Shown in pieces: positions 43,683-51,276 of a DNA stretch of 64,000 nucleotides. How positions within the stretch are numbered: position 1 is the first letter of the stretch; every line of letters begins with the position of its first letter. Under the pieces are notes generated by a model. The model worked only from the letters and a program-made list of their open reading frames with translations. It had not been told where the DNA came from and searched no databases. Source of the DNA: Eubacteriales bacterium (lineage in GTDB: Bacteria; Bacillota; Clostridia; Oscillospirales; CAG-382); NCBI GenBank assembly GCA_045636665.1, contig JAZTXY010000086.1:2974-66973 (forward strand). Direction: 5' to 3'. Position numbers and translations under genes: made by a program.

Positions 43683-43760
43683 GCGTGTTATTTTGTGTTT
43701 TATGTTTTTGGGGCTAATTCTTGGGGTCCCCGAAAACAGTTATGTTTTTGGGGAGTAAAA

Positions 43761-45287
43761 TTAATCTCTAAAGACGCCGATTTTAAGCTTTTCAAGCTGA
43801 ATATCGGTGCAGTTACCTGCGCAGAAGAAGGCAATGCCCGTCGCACCTGCCTTACGGCATTCCTCGACCTGCTTTGTCGATTCGATAACGGGAAGCTTGT
43901 TATACATCGGGGAAATACCCGAAATGTTGGGCGCTTCGCCGTAGTTTTTAACCATATAACCAACCTCGTTGCCGACGTCCTCGGCAATGTTAAGGTAAGC
44001 CATCGGGTAGATAGCATCAAGCCAACCCTGCTTTACCCAATATTGCCAATTCTGGCATTTAAGGTTGATTGCCTCAACGGGGTCCCCGAAAACTGCGGTC
44101 GAAAGCACAATGTCGCGTCCGTTTTTGCGGTATTCAAGAATAAGCTCGCGAACCGATTTAACGTATTCCGTAACCTTTTCTGCGCGCCAGTTAAGGAATT
44201 TCTTCCATTCGTCACAATTTGTGTCGGGAATATCGTCAAGCACGATACCCGTATCCTTCAAGAAATCCGCCTTGGTGGTTTTTTCAAAGCCTGCCGAGCG
44301 GTCAACGCCGTGAATTACGGGATAGCGTATATAGTCAAGCTGGAATCCGTCAAAATCGTAATTGTCGAGAATCTCCTTAACCATTCCCAAAAGGAATTCA
44401 CGAACCTCGCCAAGCGCAGGGTTGAGGAAATAGAAATTATCGAACGCGTCGTGCAAAATTCCGCCGTCCTTACGTCTTGCCATCCATTCGGGGTGGATTT
44501 CCGCCATAGGACATCCGTGACCCTCGACACCGAAGAAGAAATCCTCGAACCAGCAATGTATCTTCACGTCGTTTTTCTTACAAACACGGATGAACGAATC
44601 GATAACGTCAAAGCCGTCTTTATAATAGGGGCGAATGGGAAGATAATCGTGTACGCACTTTTGCGCGTTTGCATAGCCCTCGTAATTCGTTTCGATAAGG
44701 ATAAGGTTAAAGCCCGCGTTCTTTAATTTGGTAACTGTCGCTTCAACCTCGGCATCACTCTTTTCGTGGGGGCGGTGCCAAACTGCGCGGATTTCGCCCT
44801 TTACCGAAGCGGCGGTGTAATAATAAGCCTCCTCGCAAAGCGCGTTCGCTGTGCAGTAATCTCCGCCGTCCTTTGCAGCAACCGCCTGCATAAGAAGTTC
44901 CTCTGCCTTTTGCTTGTCAAAGCTCGAGCCTTCCGCAACGCGTTCGCGGATTCTGTTGTTGATTTTGTAAATATTGTTTTCGGTTTCGATCTGTTTTGCG
45001 GTATCGTCGATTTCTGCGATAAAAATACCGTTTGCTTCATCGATTTCGGCTCTTGCGCCGACGCAAAGATTTTCCGCCAAAAAGACCGATGCGGCGCCGT
45101 GGCCCGAAACGACAAAGCCGTCCTTGGGAATAATATTGTTATTCTTGCCGCAGCTTATAACGCGTCCGTCAAGCACGCAGGCTTCAAATCCGTAGGAATT
45201 GGTTTTCGTGTTACCGCTGCCGTTGTAAATAATAAGCTCGTCTGCACCGCGCTCGCGGTTGTAACCCGAAATGGCAAAAGTTTTCAT
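43761..45287 (-). CDS. Glycoside-hydrolase-like family 10 (GHL10/DUF187, YngK-like) protein with an extra N-terminal domain
   Basis: RAVWHRPHEKS..., HCWFEDFFFG and FDGFQLDYIRYP are typical of GHL10 TIM-barrel proteins. Confidence 0.65.
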   Translation of the reverse strand: MKTFAISGYNRERGADELIIYNGSGNTKTNSYGFEACVLDGRVISCGKNNNIIPKDGFVVSGHGAASVFLAENLCVGARAEIDEANGIFIAEIDDTAKQIETENNIYKINNRIRERVAEGSSFDKQKAEELLMQAVAAKDGGDYCTANALCEEAYYYTAASVKGEIRAVWHRPHEKSDAEVEATVTKLKNAGFNLILIETNYEGYANAQKCVHDYLPIRPYYKDGFDVIDSFIRVCKKNDVKIHCWFEDFFFGVEGHGCPMAEIHPEWMARRKDGGILHDAFDNFYFLNPALGEVREFLLGMVKEILDNYDFDGFQLDYIRYPVIHGVDRSAGFEKTTKADFLKDTGIVLDDIPDTNCDEWKKFLNWRAEKVTEYVKSVRELILEYRKNGRDIVLSTAVFGDPVEAINLKCQNWQYWVKQGWLDAIYPMAYLNIAEDVGNEVGYMVKNYGEAPNISGISPMYNKLPVIESTKQVEECRKAGATGIAFFCAGNCTDIQLEKLKIGVFRD

Positions 45288-45345
45288 ATCCGCACCTCTG
45301 CTTTTTTCTTTTATTTTATCACAAACGCAAAAAATGTCAATGCTA

Positions 45346-45374
45346 TTTACAAATCGGGATTAAGGTGATATAAT
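45346..45374 (+). promoter_or_regulatory. SigA-type promoter with extended -10 for pnuC
   Basis: TTTACA (45346-45351), 17-nt spacer, TGaTATAAT (45366-45374). Confidence 0.5.
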
Positions 45375-45402
45375 TCGTTCAAATATGCTTTTCGGAGAAA
45401 AA

Positions 45403-46086
45403 ATGCTTAAGAAACTCAACTATTTCACAAAATTCGAAAAAATAATGTGGCTTTGCTCGGTTACGCTTATAACGACCTTCTTTTTCCTTTTTTCACAATC
45501 GGGCATTCTTTCGCTTGCCGCTTCGCTTATCGGCACAACCGCGCTTATCTTTTGCGCAAAGGGCAACCCGATAGGGCAGGGAATGATGATAATCTTCAGC
45601 ATCATCTACGGCATCATTTCCTATTCCTTTGAATATTACGGCGAAATGATAACCTATCTCGGAATGTCTGCGCCGATGGCGGTTTTTGCGCTTGTTTCTT
45701 GGTTAAGAAACCCCTATAAGGGCAAAAAGAGCGAGGTTACCGTCAACGACGTTAACAAAAAGGAGATAGCCGTTATTCTTCTCCTCTCCGTGGCGGTAAC
45801 GGTTGTTTTCTATTTCATTCTTAAGAAATTCGGCACTGCAAACCTTTTACCGAGCACCTTTTCGGTAACGACAAGCTTTATTGCCGTCTGCTTTTCGGCG
45901 CGCAGAAGCCCTTATTTTGCACTTGCATACGCAATCAACGATATCGTACTTATAATCCTTTGGACACTTGCCGCAATCAAGGATATTTCTTACGTTTCGG
46001 TCATCGTCTGCTTTGCGATGTTCCTTGTAAACGATACTTACAGCTTTATCAACTGGACACGAATGAAGAAAAAGCAAAGCGCATAA
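45403..46086 (+). CDS. pnuC: Nicotinamide riboside transporter PnuC-like
   Basis: About 227 aa, 7-TM, SWLRNPYKG loop. ATG 45403 follows ggag by 6 nt. The ORF-track ATG 45385 would lie only about 10 nt from the predicted -10 box. Confidence 0.6.
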   Translation: MLKKLNYFTKFEKIMWLCSVTLITTFFFLFSQSGILSLAASLIGTTALIFCAKGNPIGQGMMIIFSIIYGIISYSFEYYGEMITYLGMSAPMAVFALVSWLRNPYKGKKSEVTVNDVNKKEIAVILLLSVAVTVVFYFILKKFGTANLLPSTFSVTTSFIAVCFSARRSPYFALAYAINDIVLIILWTLAAIKDISYVSVIVCFAMFLVNDTYSFINWTRMKKKQSA

Positions 46087-46094
46087 TCCCCCCA

Positions 46095-46123
46095 TTGACA
46101 AAGCCTTTGAAAAGTTTTATAAT
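46095..46123 (+). promoter_or_regulatory. Perfect-consensus SigA promoter, 8 nt after the pnuC stop
   Basis: TTGACA (46095-46100), exactly 17 nt, TATAAT (46118-46123). Confidence 0.65.
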
Positions 46124-46158
46124 GAAAACGGAATAATAAGAAAGAAGGTGTGATTCCG

Positions 46159-46218
46159 ATGGGCCATATTGTCGAACCCGTAGCACTCGTTACTATGGCT
46201 TTGAAGGTCTGCCGTTAA
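46159..46218 (+). CDS. 19-aa small ORF (MGHIVEPVALVTMALKVCR) inside a promoter-to-terminator micro-unit. It could equally be a non-coding sRNA or leader.
   Basis: RBS gaaggtg lies 8 nt upstream of ATG 46159. Stop TAA is at 46216-46218. Consensus promoter upstream and intrinsic terminator 44 nt downstream. Confidence 0.3.
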   Translation: MGHIVEPVALVTMALKVCR

Positions 46219-46261
46219 CCGCGCTTTCTGTTTGACCGATATGCATATAGCGCTCTTTTCG

Positions 46262-46315
46262 AACTCCTTCATCGCCTTTTAGGTATTGAAGGAGTTTTTT
46301 GCTTTTATTTCTTTT
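46262..46315 (+). terminator. Intrinsic terminator ending the micro-unit
   Basis: 10-bp stem aactccttca / tgaaggagtt (46262-46271 and 46287-46296), then ttttgcttttatttctttt. Confidence 0.65.
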
Positions 46316-46508
46316 GAATACGGTTGCTAGAAAACGAACAAAAAATTTTCAACTTTTTTTAAATTTTTTATAGACATTTTTCTTTCTGCCGACATGTTTA
46401 TAGTAGAAGGGTAAATAATGACCAAAGCTACTTTGTCGGAGGTGATACCAATGGTTTTTAACGGTTTTAAACCGTCATCCATCATTTAAAGCAGAAAGAA
46501 GGTAAAAA

Positions 46509-49500
46509 ATGTTATTAAAATTTACGTTTAAACACAAAAAATTTATTTCGTTCTTACTGATTCTTTGCACCGTATTTTCGATGTGCAGTCAGCTTTTAAC
46601 TGTTTTTGCCGTTGACGGCAGTGGTTTGGTAGAAAGCGCCGAAAAGGGTAACATTTCAGATTATTCAGAACTAAACGATATCGGCTTATCCGAAACAGAA
46701 GCTATTAAACCAAACGATGCTTTGCTTACCATAGATCATCCAAGTATTGCAAAAGAAAGCATGATTTCAAAATACGTAAATGCGGAAGCTTTTAATAAAG
46801 CTTCGCACATAGAACGTCTTCATTCAGAAGAAGACCTTAACACATACGTGTTTTTGAACGCTAACGGTACCAAAAGCATCTACTATATGGATGAAAACGT
46901 TAAGTACGTCGATAAAAACGGTGACGTTAAGGAAAAGGATATTTCGTTGGTAAGTAAGTCTGACGGTTACGGTATTGCCCGTAATGAGTTTGATCTACAT
47001 ATACCCATCTCTGCGACCACGGGAATAAGTATGTCCTATAACGGATATGAGGTAAAAATCACTCCCCAATCGACAGCGAGAACAGCTCCCGCCCGTCAGG
47101 CTGGCGAAGCAGTCGTTTACGACGGATTTTTCGGAAGCGATACTGTTTTAAAATACACACCTATGCTTTCGGGTGTAAAAGAAGATATTATTTTAAACAA
47201 GTATATTCCCAATGCTTCGTTTAGTTTCATTCTTGAAACAGACGGCTTGGGGTTGTATTGTAACGAAAACGGATATTATCTCGCCGAGAGCGAATCTTCA
47301 AAAGCGGTATTGAACTTGGGTAAGGTGATAGTATACGATGCAGTCGGCAAGCCCGAATACGGCACTATGACCGTAAAAACGGTTTCGGATAAGCAAAAGT
47401 ATATTTTATCGCTGTCCGCACCCGAAGAATTTCTTGCCGATTCGACAACCGTTTATCCGGTAACAATCGACCCGAATCTTAAGATTTCGGATAACGAAAG
47501 CGGTGAGGGGGCTATTGAAGATACTGTTCTCTTTTCCGGCAGACCGACGAAGAATTACGGCGATTACAAATACCTTTCAATCGGTTATGTTGATTCGACA
47601 TACGGAGTAGGCAGAGTTGCCGTAAAATTACCGGGATTGTATAACAGTGCAGACTATAATGCGATAACTGCATCGAATATATCGTCCGTTAAGTTTTACT
47701 GTTGGGACACTACAGGCAACAGTGCACAGATGGTTAATTTATATGCGATAACAAGTGCAGCTTGGAATGAAAATACGGTAACCTACGGAGATGCGGTAAC
47801 CTATTCTACCGAAGATAACTGGCACAAGAGTATGCCAAGCGGAGCTTGGACAGACTTTGACATAACAACACTGGTAAAAGGTTGGAAAAATGGTTATTAT
47901 TCATCCGATAAGGGCTTTATACTTGTCAACTCCAACGAAACCTCAGCATCATACAAAAAAGCTCCGTATTCTTCAGAAGCTACAACCACTACCTACAGAC
48001 CTTACGTGGTGATGAATTATGCTCCGAGTAATTCACACGATATAACCAACGGAGGCGTAACTGTCGAGATTGAAGAAGGCGAAACCTGTTATTTGACCGC
48101 TACGAATCCTTATAGTATTCCGTTTACTTGGACGTCATCAGACTCTGCAATCGCAACTGTTTCCAATACAGGTATGCTTACCGCGCATAAAGCAGGAAAA
48201 GTTACGATTACCGCAAGCTTTTTTCAAAATGGCGCTACGCTTAGCACCAGTTGTACGGTATACGTGTATTTCGATGTTGACGCATTTTATATTAAAAACA
48301 TTTATTCTGAACTCTATCTGAAAGCTAAAAACAGTTCTATTAAAGATTTAACAAAGGTTAATCAATATGCGAAATATGACAGCAATGGCAGTGCAGCGGA
48401 TGAAAAATATGAGATACATCAGCTTTGGCGCATAAATCATTTGCACAACGGCATATACAGCATTCGACCATTGTATAAGCTTGATATGGCTCTTCATATA
48501 ACCGGCACGTCCGCGGATGTTTTTACCGTCGGTAATATTGACACTTTGGATCATGTTCCGCTTTCTGCTCAATGGGAAATATCTTGGAACGGAAGTAATT
48601 ACTTGATAAAGAATGTCAGCACCGGCAAAACGTTGCAGATGGCTAATGGCAACACAACACTGAGCGCAAATGCAACCGTGGGTTCATATACGGGAAGTGC
48701 TTGGCAAAAATGGGCGTTGGTTAGAGAGGATAGTGCGCCAGAGGGGGTTGCTGCATATAACGCCACAACCGGCAGCAGTTACTCTAGTAATGGGATACCT
48801 TCAAAAGCAATCGTTATAGGCGAAACAAAAACGCTTAATGACTTGAACTTAGTAGTTGTGTCATATCAAACTATTTCTCCAGGAAATCTTGTAAGATGGT
48901 CAACGAACAACTCGACAGTAGCTTCGGTTTCCTCCAACGGAACCGTTACCGCAAATTCCTGCGGAACGGCGACAATTAAAGCTTCTTACAACGGCAAAGA
49001 GATTTCTTATGAGCTGTATGTAATTCCGTTTGCGGACGGCACGTACTTCTTCAAGAACAAAGACACCGAAAAGTATATGCAGCCTGATGACAACGGCGAT
49101 TCTCATATAGAAAACCACACATTGGACGGAACCGATGAACAAAAATGGATTTTCGAATCGCTTGGTAATGGATATTACAAGATAGTTTCATTAGAAAGTG
49201 GATTGGCGCTATCTGTTCCGGCAGGTTATGAAACTTCTTCAGGGATAAACATCATTCAAGAGACTTACCTTGGATATGATCGTCAGCAGTGGGAGTTCGT
49301 CGAAGTTTCCGAAGGCGAATATAAAATACGAGCTCGCTCTTCTCCGGGTTTTCTTGTATTATGCGCTTCCGATACATCAAGCGATGCTCAAATCAAACAA
49401 AATGTATATGTGAGCGACAATGATTATCTCGATGAATGGCAACCGATTCGCATGCTGCCGACAAATGGTCACGAGTTAGATTATGACGCGGTGGCTTGGG

Positions 49501-50240
49501 CAGGCATTCCTTCGGACAACAACAACTGTTATGCATATGCTATCAATAATCAAGTTGAAGAGCCAACAGGAAATACCATATGGTTTAAACAACAACCAGG
49601 TGAGTACTACAACAAGCATAACGGAAACGATAGTGATATACCGGAAAGTTTTCAAAAACCAGCAAGTGTTATTGTTAGTTCTGTTCAAAGTGATTTTAGC
49701 AAATACAATGAAGTTAACCAAACATCATGTACATTTGCTTCAATTGGACGATATGAAATATGTCCCGTTGGAACATATAAAGTTGCATTGGTAGTTTCGA
49801 ATGATGACTATCATTGGTACAGACAGGACTCGGATGGATTTTGGTCTCATAAGAGAGGAACTTCGTCAGTTAAAAGGACAGATGAATCAGGTGACCTCAT
49901 AATTGATCCTATGCTCGCAGACAGAGATAATTATACAACTTTTGTCGGATATTTTTCCGTAAAACCTTGGAATAATATGTACCACTCATCTAAATCAAAT
50001 GAATTTGTACAGAGTTTTAATTTAACTACGACCATTAGTGACGAACTTTTGTCTAAAGTTAAAATTGGAATGTCTTATAATGATGTAGTTAAACTGTTGC
50101 CGCACAAAGGAATTGATATAGGAAGTGGTACGATAATTCAGAAATACCTATCAACTTCTGGCTTTTTGTATATATTTGAATATACAAGTTATGAGTCTGA
50201 ATTTGTAGTTTCAAAAATAAGAATCGAGGGTAAGTCATGA
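46509..50240 (+). CDS. Secreted 1243-aa multidomain protein: DNRLRE-like beta-sandwich, Big_2 domains, two ricin-type beta-trefoil lectin modules, a Cys/His-containing putative enzymatic domain and a small C-terminal BamE/SmpA-like domain
   Basis: Signal peptide FISFLLILCTVFSMCSQLLTVFA. The DNRLRE-like region is EDTVLFSGRPTKNYGDYKYLSIGY...VNLYAITSAAWNENTVTYGD. Big_2: ATVSNTGMLTAHKAGKVTITASF and ASVSSNGTVTANSCGTATIKASY. QxW motifs: HQLWRI, SAQWEI, WQKWAL, EQKWIF, RQQWEF. Also NNNCYAYAINN and DDYHWYRQDSDGFWSHKRG. Confidence 0.65.
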   Translation: MLLKFTFKHKKFISFLLILCTVFSMCSQLLTVFAVDGSGLVESAEKGNISDYSELNDIGLSETEAIKPNDALLTIDHPSIAKESMISKYVNAEAFNKASHIERLHSEEDLNTYVFLNANGTKSIYYMDENVKYVDKNGDVKEKDISLVSKSDGYGIARNEFDLHIPISATTGISMSYNGYEVKITPQSTARTAPARQAGEAVVYDGFFGSDTVLKYTPMLSGVKEDIILNKYIPNASFSFILETDGLGLYCNENGYYLAESESSKAVLNLGKVIVYDAVGKPEYGTMTVKTVSDKQKYILSLSAPEEFLADSTTVYPVTIDPNLKISDNESGEGAIEDTVLFSGRPTKNYGDYKYLSIGYVDSTYGVGRVAVKLPGLYNSADYNAITASNISSVKFYCWDTTGNSAQMVNLYAITSAAWNENTVTYGDAVTYSTEDNWHKSMPSGAWTDFDITTLVKGWKNGYYSSDKGFILVNSNETSASYKKAPYSSEATTTTYRPYVVMNYAPSNSHDITNGGVTVEIEEGETCYLTATNPYSIPFTWTSSDSAIATVSNTGMLTAHKAGKVTITASFFQNGATLSTSCTVYVYFDVDAFYIKNIYSELYLKAKNSSIKDLTKVNQYAKYDSNGSAADEKYEIHQLWRINHLHNGIYSIRPLYKLDMALHITGTSADVFTVGNIDTLDHVPLSAQWEISWNGSNYLIKNVSTGKTLQMANGNTTLSANATVGSYTGSAWQKWALVREDSAPEGVAAYNATTGSSYSSNGIPSKAIVIGETKTLNDLNLVVVSYQTISPGNLVRWSTNNSTVASVSSNGTVTANSCGTATIKASYNGKEISYELYVIPFADGTYFFKNKDTEKYMQPDDNGDSHIENHTLDGTDEQKWIFESLGNGYYKIVSLESGLALSVPAGYETSSGINIIQETYLGYDRQQWEFVEVSEGEYKIRARSSPGFLVLCASDTSSDAQIKQNVYVSDNDYLDEWQPIRMLPTNGHELDYDAVAWAGIPSDNNNCYAYAINNQVEEPTGNTIWFKQQPGEYYNKHNGNDSDIPESFQKPASVIVSSVQSDFSKYNEVNQTSCTFASIGRYEICPVGTYKVALVVSNDDYHWYRQDSDGFWSHKRGTSSVKRTDESGDLIIDPMLADRDNYTTFVGYFSVKPWNNMYHSSKSNEFVQSFNLTTTISDELLSKVKIGMSYNDVVKLLPHKGIDIGSGTIIQKYLSTSGFLYIFEYTSYESEFVVSKIRIEGKS

Positions 50241-50623
50241 CAAGAAAAACTTTAGTTGTTGCAGTTATCATATCTGTTTCAGTTATTGCTCTTGCCGCAA
50301 TAGGAATTTACTTTGTAACGAGTAATTCGGATATAGACAATTTAGATATAAACGATCCTACAACGTGGTATGAACCTACCCGATATGGCGGCATAGATGA
50401 AGATTTGGCGGAACGTATAAGTGTTGGAATGACTTTTTATGAAATCGCTGACATTCTCGGTAAACCGCAACGCGACGTAGGCTCCGGTGTGGTTATTATG
50501 GAATGGGAAATGAGATCCGGCAAAGTATTAAACGTGGCATTCCGTTTTGTTTCGAGCGGTACGAACACTGAAGCCGCTGATGATTTGGTTTCCTACTGCA
50601 TCGAAATCAAAGACCCTGAATAA
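50237..50623 (+). CDS. Small membrane-anchored protein whose ectodomain resembles the last domain of the 1243-aa protein
   Basis: ATGA overlap with the upstream stop. TM helix LVVAVIISVSVIALAAIGIYFV. ISVGMTFYEIADILGKPQRDVGSGVVIMEW resembles VKIGMSYNDVVKLLPHKGIDIGSGTIIQKY in the upstream protein. Confidence 0.55.
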   Translation: MTRKTLVVAVIISVSVIALAAIGIYFVTSNSDIDNLDINDPTTWYEPTRYGGIDEDLAERISVGMTFYEIADILGKPQRDVGSGVVIMEWEMRSGKVLNVAFRFVSSGTNTEAADDLVSYCIEIKDPE

Positions 50624-50628
50624 CGTGA

Positions 50629-50657
50629 AAAAGGAGGAACGCTTTGTTCCTCCTTTT
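50629..50657. terminator. Bidirectional intrinsic terminator (convergent with hpt)
   Basis: 12-bp stem aaaaggaggaac / gttcctcctttt with loop gcttt. Confidence 0.6.
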
Positions 50658-50666
50658 AAAATGCTT

Positions 50667-51224
50667 TTATTCCTCGGAATATTCGGCGATATAGGGGAGG
50701 TTGCGGTAAAATTCGCCGCAATCGAGTCCGTAGCCGATAACGAAATGGTCGGGAATGGTGAACAGCGCAAGGTCTGCTTTGAAGTCGACAAGACGTCTTG
50801 ACGGCTTATCGAGAAGGGTGATGACCTTAAGCGACAAGGGGTTGCGGGTAAGCAAAAGCTCGTAAACGTCCTTCAAGGTTCTGCCCGTGTCGATAATATC
50901 CTCAACGATAATAACGTGGTAATTGCTGATATCCTGATCAAGGTCCATTGTGATCTTAACAACGCCCGAGGAAACAGTGCCTTGATAATAGCTCTTTGCA
51001 CACATAAAACCGATCTCGCAAGGGACGGTCACGGCGCGCAAAAGGTCTGCCATAAACACGAAAGCACCCTTAAGAATGCTTACGAGAAGTATCGGTCTTC
51101 CGTCATAGGAATCGTCGATCATTTTGCCGGTATTTTTAATAGCCTGTGCGATTTCTTCTTCGGTAATAAGTATTCGGCTTATTCTGCCGTTAAAATCTTC
51201 GATATTTTTAATTTCTTTCATCAA
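50667..51224 (-). CDS. hpt: Hypoxanthine phosphoribosyltransferase
   Basis: PRPP-binding motif HVIIVEDIIDTGRTL; about 185 aa; typical Hpt N-terminus. Confidence 0.88.
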   Translation of the reverse strand: MMKEIKNIEDFNGRISRILITEEEIAQAIKNTGKMIDDSYDGRPILLVSILKGAFVFMADLLRAVTVPCEIGFMCAKSYYQGTVSSGVVKITMDLDQDISNYHVIIVEDIIDTGRTLKDVYELLLTRNPLSLKVITLLDKPSRRLVDFKADLALFTIPDHFVIGYGLDCGEFYRNLPYIAEYSEE

Positions 51225-51276
51225 AAAACTCCAAATAACAATAATATACGCTATTTTATCATAAATTTTTCGTATT

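Noticed and set aside
43668-44726. 352-aa + strand ORF overlapping the GHL10 gene
   Set aside because: It is antisense to a minus-strand ORF with good family motifs (FDGFQLDYIRYP). It starts inside the galT terminator T-run, has no RBS and carries no recognisable domain.
45288-45402. NAD+/pnuC-type riboswitch upstream of pnuC
   Set aside because: The predicted promoter (-10 at 45369-45374) leaves a leader of only about 20 nt before the RBS and ATG 45403. That is too short for a riboswitch aptamer, and no conserved motif was recognised.
46165-46200. tRNA-like GGGTTCGAC (T-loop-like) motif on the minus strand within the micro-unit
   Set aside because: I reverse-complemented 46141-46260 and could not build a T-stem, anticodon arm or acceptor stem around it. 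The match is a chance heptamer.
46461-46475. Palindrome acggttt-t-aaaccgt 34 nt upstream of the 46509 start, considered as an operator or hairpin
   Set aside because: A 7-bp arm with a 1-nt centre cannot form a stable hairpin. With no repressor gene adjacent and no second copy, it is unsupported as an operator.
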